Part shown: one piece after another, positions 51,845 through 64,000 of the stretch
Numbering within the stretch: the stretch's first letter is position 1
Layout of the letters: every line of letters begins with the position of its first letter
Source of the DNA: Octopus sinensis
Lineage: Eukaryota
Reading direction: 5' to 3'
DNA length: 64,000 nucleotides
NCBI RefSeq assembly: GCF_006345805.1
Contig: NC_043016.1
Location: 12,958,001-13,022,000 of the forward strand
The notes under the pieces: generated by a model
What the model was told of the DNA's origin: nothing
What the model saw: the letters and a program-made list of their open reading frames with translations, nothing else
The model's database searches: none
Program-made: the position numbers and the translations under genes

Positions 51845-52714
51845 AATAATTCTAAGTTGTTAGGAACAGAAATGTTAGAAGGGGACAGTAGAATAGGAGA
51901 AATGGCTATTACTCTGACGTTTTTCTTAGTCTCCATAACAATATAAAAATTTTTCTGAGTAGGTACTGCATTGGAGTTGCTGGGACAGGCATGTTGTTGG
52001 TTGAGAATTGGATATAAAGTAATTAAATTAGTGAGAGTATGTGACAAAATAATTAAGCTTTGGTATTTAAAGCAGCCATATTCAGCCCTAATATGCTACC
52101 TGTTTATTTTTTAACTGGCTAGATCCAGCTTGTCACATCTACCCTACAATGTCATTCTAAGAATAAACGACCACATCTTTGAAATCTCAAAGCTATGAAT
52201 AAATAACTATTACATCTGAGAAAATAAGCTGAAAACTAAAGGATTAAACTAGACTCGGGCCACATAACAACAGTGATCTCTGCATAGGTACCAAGGAAAG
52301 ACAGATTATTCTGTCTGAGTTATAATTTAATTAACTTTTCTACTAAGATAATACTGTATCTTTCCTCATTACATGGGATTTGTATCGAATGTCATGATGT
52401 ACCACAGTCCATGCTTATACCTGAAGTTCTTTAGAGATAGACCTCATTGAACTTCTGGGGTTTTCATCGATAATGTTTTGAACATGTATAAATTCCAGTG
52501 TCCTTTTAGTGTCTGAGCATTGTGAATGTTTTTTTCTCTCTCTGATACTGGTGAAACATTACCATCACATGCCTCCAATTCCAACTGAACTTTGTGTATA
52601 AATGATCTTGCAATACTTGGAAAGTTGCTAATTTGTAAATCACTGTGGTTTACTTGTATAGCAACCATGACTTCTGGTCTTTTCATATCTTGAGTTAGCA
52701 TATCTTGAAAGGGT

Positions 52715-52970
52715 TATCGGGGGAAAATAAAATAAAAAATTAAATATGCCTCGCGCAAAATGTGACCATGTGTGTACCGTTGGCGATTTTTTTCCCTTTG
52801 TCTTCTCTTCTTTGGATCTTTCCTTCTCCTATGTTTCCGACGAAGAGCTCTGCTCGAAACGTTGAACCCTCCTACTTTTCTTCTTTCCTGAGCGTCCAAT
52901 AATACTATATTTGTTCCACATCCTCGCATTGTTGTGTTTTTTTTGTGCTTTCTTGTTTGGATTAACTATA
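52715..52970 (+). mobile_element. CpG-rich repeat with a minimal hammerhead-like motif (probable Penelope-like pLTR fragment)
   Basis: 52833-52867 reads GTTT-CCGACGA-A-GAGC[TCT]GCTC-GAA-ACGT-T-GAAC. Element boundaries are approximate. Confidence 0.55.
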
Positions 52971-53227
52971 TATATATATATATATATAATACAAACACAC
53001 ACATGCATGCACACTTTCTCTCTCTCTCTCTCTCTCTCTCTCCTTCTCTCTACCCCTTCCTTTCTCTCTCCACTTTCCTGTAGCATTTCTCTCTCCCATT
53101 CTCTCTCTTGCTCCCCTTCCTCTCTCTTAATGAATATCATTTTTTCACAATTCAAGTTGTCTGATATTGCTTAATTATTTTCATTTTCAGCCATGTTTAG
53201 TCTTTATAACTCAAATCTTAACCATAC

Positions 53228-53620
53228 TCAGGAATGGCTGTGTGGTAAGAAGCTTGCTTCCCAACAACATGGTTCTAGGTTCAGTCCCACTGCATGGCAC
53301 CTTGGGCAAGTGTTTTCTACCATAACCTCAGGTTAACCACAGTCTTGTGAGTGGATTTGGTGGACAAAAAGTGAAAGAAGCCTGTCATATATATATATAT
53401 ATATATATATAATGTTTGTGTGTCTGTGTTTGTCCCCCTGCCATTGCTTGACAACCAATGTTGGTGTGTTTACATCCCTGTAACTTAGCATTTCAGTAAA
53501 AGAGATCAATAAGAATAAATGCTAGGCTTACAAAGAATAAATCCTGGGGTTGATTTGTTCGACTAAAGGTTGTGCTCTAGCATGGCCGGCTACAGTAAAA
53601 TGTCTGAAACAAGTAAAGGA
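53228..53620 (+). mobile_element. SINE family A
   Basis: Head, internal (TA)n and tail match family A. Confidence 0.85.
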
Positions 53621-55309
53621 ATAGCAGAATACCGACAAAACAATGCTAGCTTGTTTCTTTCTTTACCTCTTCCTTGAATTTCTCTTCTTTTCGGAAAGAC
53701 AATGGTATTCTTATTAGTAAAGGTCAATGCTATTGGATGCTTTAATAACTGTTGATTTGGATAAGTGCTAATGTTAAGGTCAGCTGACATAAAATAAATT
53801 CCTTTGTGTGTGTGTGTGTGTGAGCTTTCCTCTTTATCAGACTAAGACATTCCAGTCTTATAAATAGATTGGCAGAGGACAGAGGTGGGAGATCAAAGTC
53901 AATCTGTTCTCTTTTGATGGTCACATTGTAAATTTGGAGAAGTGTTTATTGTGGTGAGGAATGGACATTATTTCAATGCTGAATATCATTTTAAATGTTT
54001 CAACATTTATAGAACTCAAAGTTTGGTCATGTTTCAGCCTTATTAGGATCTCTTCAGTGAAGTGTAGATGTTGCTGTGTTTACTGATGTACTGATAAGAG
54101 AATCATATAAGATGTACATGAGTAAGCATGAAAAGTTAGAATTCTTTTATTCTGGGGTAATTAGTCAGTGACGTCATCTGCTGTGAAAATTTTTTTATTA
54201 TTTAGGTGTGCTAATATCTTACCAGCTCTTGTAAAGTATTACACATTTACTTAGTGATTATCTCATCCCTATTTTAGCAAGAACTGTAAAGTCTGTGATT
54301 TGCTGAAGAATTCTAATAAAACAGAAACATGCTATGAGTTATTTCTCATATTTATTTGAAATGTATAAAATATTATTAGTCATTGAGCTAATGTTATCTT
54401 TTCCTCACCTCACAATAATTTCTTAATTGATATTTAATGTGTTCTACATTATGTTAATATTAACTTAACTATTGTGTTTATATGGATGTATATCTATTCT
54501 GTCTCTTTTATTACAAAATATTAATTTCTCTGGATTTGCTTGCTGTACTGTGCAAGCTTCTTACCACACACATACACATATGCACACACACTATATATGT
54601 GTGTGTATGTATATATATATATATATATATATAGGAGATAGGGGTACGTTACGCCGTAATAATATATGTATAGAAATTAAATATAAATTACAAAATGGGA
54701 CAAGAACGCAAAAACACACAAAGAGACGGCACAAAAAAACAGACGGGTCATTCGAAGCCTCTAATCTTCAATCGGGAACCGGATCATCTTAGCAATTTCG
54801 GCTGATTAATCCTCGATATCGCTCCGATACGGCCAGCCCCCAAGAAAAACTAAGCTCTATATATATATATAATGTGCTTAACCGTGTATGGAGTATAAAA
54901 CCTTGTTCTGCACATGATTTTGTTTGCTCTTCTCTGTATATATTTACCATTACCAGCTGCTCCGTTTCGTTTTGATTTTTGTTTTTTGGTGGGTTGGGGA
55001 GCGATGGTGGTGATGGTGGTTGTTCGTTCCTTCTTTTAATGAGCAAAAATATTTTGTAGAATATCAGTGACTAATATAGAGAGGAGTCTTAGAAGGAATT
55101 TCTGTTGGTAACATTGTTGTTAAAAGAATAAAGCTTCAAAAAGATGGAAAAAGAAAGAAAAAAGCTAACTTCAACAATTACCCTGATAATTATAAGACAC
55201 GTAATTCCACTGCTATTGCAACACTCTTCGTGTGGGGTATGGGGGATATTTATAGTATATCCTAGAATATTCTACTTGAAAATAGATATCATATAAAATG
55301 ATTGTAAAG

Positions 55310-55760
55310 AGGATTGGTTGTGTGGTAAGAAGCTTGTTACCCAGTCATGTGGTTCTGGGTTCAGTCCCACTTTGTGGCACCTTGGGAAAGTGTCTTTTAT
55401 TATGTCTTCAGGCCATATCTTGTGAGTGGATTTGATAGATGGGAACTGAAAGAAGCCTATTGTGTGTGTGTTTGTTTGTTCTCCTTCCAACCACTTGACA
55501 ATCAGTACTGGTGTGTTTACACTCCTGTAACCTAGTGGTTTGGCAAAAAGAAACTGATAAAATCAGTATCAGTATCAAAAAGAAAAAATAAGACCTGGAG
55601 TCAAGTGATTTGGCTAAAAATACTTGAATGGGGTACCCCAGCATGGCCACAGTCCACTGACTGAAACAATTAAAAGATAAAAGATATACTGGGATTGATT
55701 TGCTCACTAAAACCCTTCATGGCCACAGTCCAATGACTGAAACAAGTAAAAGATAAAAGA
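55310..55760 (+). mobile_element. SINE family A with a duplicated 3' tail
   Basis: CATGGCCACAGTCCA..GACTGAAACAA.TAAAAGATAAAAGAT occurs twice, at about 55640 and 55720. Confidence 0.75.
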
Positions 55761-56772
55761 TTACATAAACTGAAGAATATCAAAAAAAAAAAACACGACT
55801 ACAGTAATAATAATGATCTCGAACTTTAGCACAGATCCGCAGACACCATGTGATGAATGGAATTGATTTAATTGTCCATAATAATTAATCATGCAATGTC
55901 ATGTGGTTTGTGAATATTTTAGCATCATTGGTCAGTTTACTGTATTTTTACAATATTAGAAGCAACAAGGGAGTGCTTGGGTAATACGGAGGGAATAAAT
56001 GTCACAGGACATGTCTACCAGTTTACTTTCTCCATGAAGTATACATCTGAGAAACACAAACACACACATGAGTGTGTGTGTGTATGTGTGTATTGTAAAT
56101 TGGGAGACTTGTTAGATTTGAACTTGTAAATAAAAATAACTAATAATTTAATTATGTAGTAATTAGTCTCACACCTTAATATTTAAAGTAGTAGTAGAAG
56201 AAGTAGTAGTAGTAATCATTTATACTATAGGCACAAGGCTTGAAATTTGGGGTAGGGGGTATTTGATTAGATTGGCCCAATATGCAACTGGTACTTAATT
56301 TATTGACCCTGAAAGGCAAAGTCGACCTTGGTGGAATTTGAACTCAGAACGTAAAGACAGTCGAAATACAGCTTAGCATTTCGCCTGGCATGCTAACGAT
56401 TCTGCCAGTTCACCGCCTTAATAATAATAATGATGGTAATAATAATAATGATAATAATAATAATGATAATAATAATGGTTTCAAATTTTGGCAGAAGGCC
56501 AGCATTTTCAGGGCAGTGGGAAGGCATAAGTCAGTTCAATTGACCCCAGTAAAATTCTTTGAAGATTTATTTCTCAAATTTTTTGGTGGGGGATTTTTTC
56601 TTAAGTTTTAAGACTCAGAAGGCCAGTTTCTCAGTTTCCATGGGATGTAAATAACTGAGATCACAACAATCCCCTGAATGGGATGTTGATCCATTGCAAC
56701 GCACAATGGTGAGGTTAAGGGGCCAAGTTGATTGCATTGACCCTCAATATTCAATTGGTACTTTATTCTATT

Positions 56773-57335
56773 TATTTCTTTATTGCCCACAGTGGGCTAA
56801 ACATAGAAAAGACAAACAAAGACAGACAAAGGGATTAATTTGATTACATCCATCTCAGTGCGTAACCTGTACTTATTTAATCAACCCCGAACGGATGAAA
56901 GGCAAAGTCAACCTTGGCAGAATATGAACTCAGAACATAATGGCAGACGAAATACCAATTTCTTTATTGCCCACAAGGGGCTACACACAGAGGGGACAAA
57001 CAAGGACAGACAAATGGATTAAGTCGATTATATCGACCCCAGTGCATAACTGGTACTTATTTAATTGACCCCGAAAGGATGAAATGCAAAGTCGATCTTG
57101 GCGGAATTTGAACTCAGAACGTAGCCTCAGAACGTAGCGGCAGATGAAATACCTATTTCTTTATTACCCACAAGGGGCTAAACATAGAGGGGACAAACAA
57201 GGACAGACATAGGTATTAAGTCAACTATATCGACCCCAGTGCGTAACTGGTACTTAATTTATCAACCCTGAAAGGATGAAATGCTGCTAAGCATTTTGCT
57301 TGGCGTGCTAATGATTCTGCCAGCTTGCTGCCCTT
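56773..57335 (-). mobile_element. Head-to-tail tandem trimer of family D SINE bodies
   Basis: Three units of about 185-195 bp start at about 56773, 56958 and 57154. Only the unit at the minus-strand 5' end keeps the head. Confidence 0.85.
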
Positions 57336-57479
57336 TAATTTATTTTACTTTATTAACTCTGAAAGGATGAAAGGTAGAGTTGTCCTTGATGGGATTTGAA
57401 CTCAGAATATAAAGGGCTAGAATAAATGCCACTAATCATTTTGTTGCAATGTAGGTGTGGTTAACAGAATGAAGTTATT

Positions 57480-57668
57480 GTGCAGGTGGTACGTAAAAAG
57501 CACCCACTACACTCACGGAGTGGTTGGCGTTAGGAAGGGCATCCATCTGTAGAAACACTGCCAGATCAGATTGGAGCCTGGTGCAGGCTTCCTGGCTTCC
57601 CAGACCCCAGTTGAACTGTCCAACCCATGCTAGCATAGAAAATGGACGTTAAACGATGATGATGATGT
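57480..57668 (+). mobile_element. SINE family B
   Basis: Core motif and (GAT)n tail. Confidence 0.85.
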
Positions 57669-59769
57669 ACTTATGAATCTGCCAACTAACCACCGCCTTA
57701 GTTGCCGGGTTAGGAATGTCATATTGAAAAATGCCATAATAAAAATAACATTGGTAGTGGATATGATGTTATAATTCAAATTCCTGAGAGTTTTAACCTT
57801 ATTTACCTGCTAATTCTGTGACCTACATTAGGATTAGCTATATAATTTCCTTTAAATAACTTCATTCTGTTAACCACACCTCACACTGCAATAATAATAA
57901 AAAAACCCCCCAAAAAACGTTTCTACAGTTGTTCCTTAGGGTAGTAATTGTATTCATTTGGAACTGCATTAACCAGCAGGACCCCTGACAGAAAATTGAT
58001 GGATCAAGACTTCTTTCAGATTTTATCTGCCAAATCCACTTGCATAGCTTTGTGCAATCCAGGGCTCTAGTAGAAGACATCTGCTCAGGATGTCAAGTAA
58101 TGGAACTAAACTTGGAACTATATAGTCATACCACATCTGTGTGTGTGTGTGGGGGGATCCTATCAGAATTCATTAGCCCTGGGCTACTGTATTAGCTAAA
58201 TCTCCTGGTTATACACCCTTAATATTGTAATATTTAATGCAATATCTAAAAGGATCTGTTGCACTGGTTCTCAAAATGATTAAAACCAGGCTGGGTCAGG
58301 CCAGGCTCCTCCCTAGATATCAGGGAAATTCCTTTGGTATCACCTCCCCCTTTTTTATTAACCAGATGACTAAATAGATTTTTGCGTCTGTGTAATTTTC
58401 TTCTTTCTTAACCACGGTGTTTGACAAGTTTATAGGTTGGAAACCGTCTTAATTTCATTAAACATGACAATTTGTCCGCCCCCCCCTTTTCAGTCTTCAC
58501 ACACCTACCCTAGGGCTGCTTGTGGTGGTAGTGGTGGTGGTGGTGGATGACTGTCTGCCCCAATCCTATGAGAAGTACTAAACTATTTTAATTTTGTTTT
58601 TTTTTTTTATCATTAATAATGATTTTTTTTATTATTCCCTCTCTCTCTCTCTCTTTCGGAGAGGCACTGAGCAGCTATACGCACACATACACACACGGCA
58701 GTAACTTCCGCCTACCGAATTCAATCACAAAGCTCCGGTCGGCTTGGGGCTATAGCGAAAGACACCTACCAAAAGTGCCACGCAGTGGGACTGAACCCAA
58801 AACCATGTTGCTAGGAAGCAGATGGTGAGCTGCCAGAATTATTAGCATGTTGGACAAAATGCTTAGCGGTATTTTACCTGTCGCTACATTCTGAGTTCAA
58901 ATTCTGCTGAGGTCGACTTTGCCTTTCATCCTTTTGGGGTTGATAAATTAAGCACTAGCGAATCACTGAGGTCAACGTAATCGACTAATCCCTTCCCCTC
59001 AAATTTCAGGTCATGTGCCTAACGACTCTGCCAGTTTGCTACCCTAGTGGCGAACTGGCAGACTTGTTAGTGTGTCAGACAAAATGCCGCGAAGTATTTT
59101 GTGTCTTTACATTCTCAGTTCAAATTCCACTGAGGTTGACTTTGCCTTTCACCATTTCAGGGCTCAAAAGAAAAAGTAAAATAAGTACCAGTTAAGTACT
59201 GGGGGTCGATGTTTTCAACTAGTCTCTCCACCAAACTTGCTGTCCTTGTGCCAAAATTTGAAATCATTATTATTAATTCAAAAGAATAAAGAATTATGCA
59301 AATATCAAATAAGATAGATAACTGTAAGAAAAAAATTATCATAAACTCATAAAATGGATATTTTCTTTGTAGTCTGTCTTTGTTAAGAATTGCTATTGTT
59401 TTTTATTTTTGTTTCTAATTGTGAAAAAATGAAAATAAGGGAAATATTCCGTTTTTATTTTTTTTCTGTTTGTGTGAGGATTAAGGATTTTGTCCTTAGC
59501 CCAAGGTTATGATTGGGGGTTACCTTCATATTCTTTGACTTGTTTCAGTCATTGGAGTGTGGTAATGCTTGGGCCACCACCTTGAAGGGTTTTCAGTTGA
59601 CTGAACCAAGCCCAGTACATTGTTCTTTTTTCAACCCTGATACTTAATCTATCAGTCTCTTCTGCCATGCTGCGAAATTATGGGGGAGTGTAAACAAACC
59701 AACATCGCTTGACAAGCGATGAGGGAAAGGAGACAAACACAAAGACTCACATGTATATATGTATGTGTG

Positions 59770-59801
<32 letters not shown>

Positions 59802-61034
59802 CATATACACATATGTGTGTGTATGATGGGCTTCTTTTGGTTTCCCTGTACCAAATTAACTAATAAGTCTTGATCTGTCCAGGGTTTTAGTAAGAGACAC
59901 TTCCCAACATGCCATGCAGTCGGACCAAACCCGGAACCGTGTGGTTGGGAAACAAGCTTCTTAACCATGCAGCCACACTAAGTGATGTTTACATTATTAG
60001 TTAGTATTATGTAAACACTGGCAAGGAATCTAATACTGAGGTCAAACATTCCAGGAATGTTCTGGCAAGCTGGCTTAGCAATTCATTTCGTTGCAAGCTG
60101 AATAAGAAAACACTTTGAAATTTGTGGGTTTTTAAATGCTAAATCGTTAAATTCATTTCGTGAGTATCTCTTCACTGTCTTCAATAAATGTCATTAATTC
60201 TCTTAAATGATAACTCAAATTATTAACTTTTCTCTTCTTTTTTGTGACTAATTGATAAGAAGATAATAAAAAGTTCAGTTAACATATAAGGCAGATAAAT
60301 TTCTCTGCAGACCAGATACTATTTATTGTTTAATTGCTTCCAGGTATGTGTACATTGTCAACAGTTTGTTGTTAAGTTAGCTAAAATACTCATACTCCCT
60401 AAAGTGATGTCTTAAATTCTCTTTGTAAATAATTATAGTAAATGAAATATCGTTTCTTTGTGTTGTAGCTATTTTAATTGTTTCAGCATACTCACGTGCA
60501 CGCTGGCATTCTCATACACACCCGTCCTACATACACGCAAATATTTTTCCACACAGACATATATTTAATTACGCATGTATATACTGCATGTATTAATAAT
60601 AATAATAATAATAATAATAATCTATATGTAAGATGCAGACACAGTAATATTTAGAGCTGTACAATATTTCATTACAGTATCAAAGACAGATAACCTGTAC
60701 TCGTATTCAGGTAAAGTTAATGCAACCTTCTTTTAATACATAATATGTTTTCCATGTAGCTGGCAAGCATATTACTTTCTATTATTACACCTGGCAGGTA
60801 TGCTGTTTTGGTTCTCAAGTTTTAACTGATCTGTTTTTTACTGTGGAGGCCTGTGATAAGTGATGTTTTCAAGTCTGGCAGATACCTTACCAAAGTTTAA
60901 CTGAAAATAACTTCCTGTATTTGTTTATTGGTTTTCATTGATAACAGTATCACTATCATGTGCCTGTTTCTATTGTTATCTAAACTACCTAATTTATCAA
61001 GTCTTATGTTGGCTAAACACTTTTCTATTTAAAG

Positions 61035-61521
61035 GAAACTGTAAATCAAGAGGCACCGAATCATGAAGAATTTGAAGAGCAGCAAAGGAGCAATGGAAAT
61101 CTTCAGCAGAATTACGAGAGCAGCTATAATGGATACATATCAAACGATCCCAATCATACGTGGCCTAGAAAGAGGCGTCCAAAAAGCTGGACATCTCAGT
61201 CAAATTATAGTTCTCAGCTTGCTGAGGAGAAGAAAAGATCTTCTTACCATGTAGAGTCCACTGTTGATGCTGAGCAGGACTATCTCAACAGTATTCCACC
61301 GTCCATAATGAAGCCTTCACATTCTACTCTTGGAAATTTACAAAGCCAAAATAATAATCTTTCATACACAAAAAGTGACTTTGTTTCTATGGAGGGTGTA
61401 CCATCAGCTCCTGAAAAGACACAACCACCAGTGAGTCACAATAACCAGATTTCAGTGAAATCTCCTTCATACTCCGAGGCTGGTGGAGCAAATGAAAATA
61501 ATACCTACCGAACTAGAAATG
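61035..61521 (+). CDS. CEP170: CEP170-like gene, large low-complexity/disordered exon (ETVNQEAPNHEEF...HTWPRKRRPKSWTS...MKPSHSTLG...YRTRN+G), 487 nt, phase 0-1
   Basis: Acceptor ttttctatttaaAG at 61033-61034, 162 open codons in an AT-rich background, donor GTAAGA at 61522. Phase fits the exon ending at 25977. Assignment to the same gene rests on strand and phase, not on recognisable homology. Confidence 0.75.
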
Positions 61522-62244
61522 GTAAGAACATATACTTCATTATTATTATTGTTATTGTAATTCATTTTCCACCCCTCTTGCTATTATTGTTATTTCAACT
61601 GCCTTTTCTTTTTTTATTGTGGGCTTTTGTGCCACTACTGTATGCAGTTTTGTGTATCTTGGATATAAGCAGTGTTTTGTTTTGGTTTTTTCTTGTTGGC
61701 TATAGTATTGACAGTACTCTGTGATACGTGTACAGTGTCGAGAACTGCTATTTTCTGTACATAACTGTAAGATCTGTGTTTGGTTATATACTTGTCTGCA
61801 TTTAACCATTCACATGGAACCTATCATAAAAGAGATTGTTTCTGCTTTCAATCACCCTCTCCATTCTAATAATCTCTGTTTTTCAGATCTTTATGTACAG
61901 ATAATCTCTCCATTTCTTTTAGCAACACATTATCATCCGTTGAAACTGATCATTCAGTTAAGAGGCACTTCAATTTCCTTGTGATCCTTCACAACTATAT
62001 CTGATTGATTTGCTATAAATGCCTTTCTCTTTGAGAATTTGGCATGCCTCACATAAGAGTAATTTTGTCATTCTCCAAGATCTTTTCTCATATATACATA
62101 TAATATATAGCATCTCTTTTCTGTGGATAGTTTATAAAACCAACATAATTCCTTACCTATAAAAGTTCTAACTCTGTCATATGTTTGCACACACACAAAC
62201 ACACACACACACACACACACAACGCACACACACACACACACACA

Positions 62245-62287
<43 letters not shown>

Positions 62288-62854
62288 TCTCTCTTTGGTC
62301 AAAACAGCTGGCCATCCAGAACAATGTGATTATATTTTTACACTTCCTCCATATGTTTTTCAGTTAATCTTTTGTATATTTCTTTTTATCTGATTACCAG
62401 ATAAGTTAAGCATAAATTGGAAGGTATGCATCCAAATGCTGAAGGCTAACACCTATTTTAAGAAAAACACTTTAACCACACATATGTGCCCTAAATTTTA
62501 TTATTTCTCAAATGTATCTGTGTGTCTCTTTAAACTTTACTTGTTCATGTTTTTACAAAAATAATCTTGCTTCATCACAGTAGTACTAACTAAAAACCGT
62601 GTGTGATGGATACATTATTTAAATGTCACAAAGGTTTCAATATATAAGCTGTCATTATGTCGATTATTGAGGTGGTATTGTTATATTTGTCACTGATGAC
62701 ATCTTGGCTTTTTGCATGCTAGGAAGTGTTATGTCTATAAATTAAAATTTCATAAGATATTTGCATTGCCATTTTCTAAGAGAAATGGAAGTTTATAAGG
62801 TTATCAGTGAAGTTTTACTATAAGGAAAGGAAAGTGAATGCCATTCTCCATGTA

Positions 62855-62930
<76 letters not shown>

Positions 62931-62983
62931 TGTGTGTGTGGAAGTATGTATGTATCTTTATATGTAAGTACATCAATACTTAA

Positions 62984-63205
62984 CCCTTTCGTTACCCACC
63001 CGGCTGAAACCAGCTCTGGTTCTGTAGTACAAATGTCTTGTTTTCATAAGTTTTGAATTAAAATCTTCCACCAAACCTTAGTCACAATTTATGTTCCTAA
63101 CACTAGCTGAATGATAACTAAGTTATTGTACTAAATTCTTTGTTATATTTAAAATTAGTTGAAAGAAACATAGAGCGTCTCAAAATAAATATAGAAATGA
63201 AAGGG
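62984..63205. mobile_element. piggyBac-type MITE, sister of 29099-29319
   Basis: TTAA|CCCTTTC...GAAAGGG|TTAA with high internal similarity to the 29099 copy. Confidence 0.85.
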
Positions 63206-64000
63206 TTAAGTATTGGGTATGTTCCTAGTAGTATGGAGATAAAGCACATTCACTGTCTATGGCTATCTGGTGTCATCCACAGTAATTGCACAATTGTCAC
63301 TGAATCTACTTCTGTAAATTCCCAGTGTATGTTGAGTATAAAACAAATGATAGACAGAAAATGGAATACAGGAGAAACTTTATTGCTCACAATAATCATT
63401 TTTGACACGTCCTGCATTGATCCCTCACATGTGGGGATCATCAGGTGAGGTAGTACTATTACAGCACCTGATGAGATGCTTATGCACTGAAGGATGCACC
63501 ACAACTAGTTGTATTGTTTTCCGCCCATGAGGGATCAATGCAGGAAGTGTAGAAATGATTGTTGCGAGCAGTAAAGTTTCCCGTATATTCCGTTTTCCAT
63601 CTATCTTGTTTGTTTTATGAGTGTGTATGTGTGCGTAAGTGTGTGTATGTGTGCGTGTAAGTATGTGTGTAAATATGTATGTGTAAGTATGTGTGTATAA
63701 GTATGTGTGTGTATGTGTGTCATAGAATCTGGAACAACCTCAGGCTGCTTGGTATCAAAAGGGTTAATACTTTTCTGATTTTTCTAAAAGTAAATATATT
63801 TACATGTTTTATTTTTGATTTAAATTGTAGGGGGAATCAAAGATCCGATCACTTTAAACTAAAGAAACCCAGCTTCATTATCTGAGTAATCAATTAGTTA
63901 AGGTTGATGACGATTTCTAGATAATAAATTACACTAGTTCATGCAAACAAAATGAATTGGTCCAGTGAATGTGTCACTATATGGAACACCCAATGGATGA

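Noticed and set aside
61522-61724. 3' part of ORF 61308-61724
   Set aside because: It lies past the GTAAGA donor at 61522 and is low-complexity intronic read-through.

Overview
AT-rich, repeat-dense animal genomic DNA. The SINE families and microsatellite load suggest an octopus or other coleoid cephalopod (inference). The window lies inside one large + strand gene, a CEP170/CEP170B-like FHA-domain gene. Four coding exons are supported: 4007-4096, 22834-22912, 25853-25977 and 61035-61521. The start codon and downstream exons appear to lie outside the window. The intron at 22913-25852 is a minor-spliceosome (U12) AT-AC intron, with an ATATCCTTTG donor, a CCTTAAC branch point and an AC acceptor. 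The introns hold at least five tRNA-derived SINE families, a non-autonomous Helitron, a pogo-like DNA transposon with a Brinker-type DNA-binding remnant, piggyBac- and hAT-type MITEs, and a CR1-clade LINE 3' end. Two unrelated repeat families carry the same minimal hammerhead-ribozyme architecture typical of Penelope-like elements; in one, a tRNA-like Pol III head sits between two inverted ribozyme-bearing arms. Nearly all ORFs in the supplied track are microsatellite or SINE artefacts. SINE boundaries are approximate.
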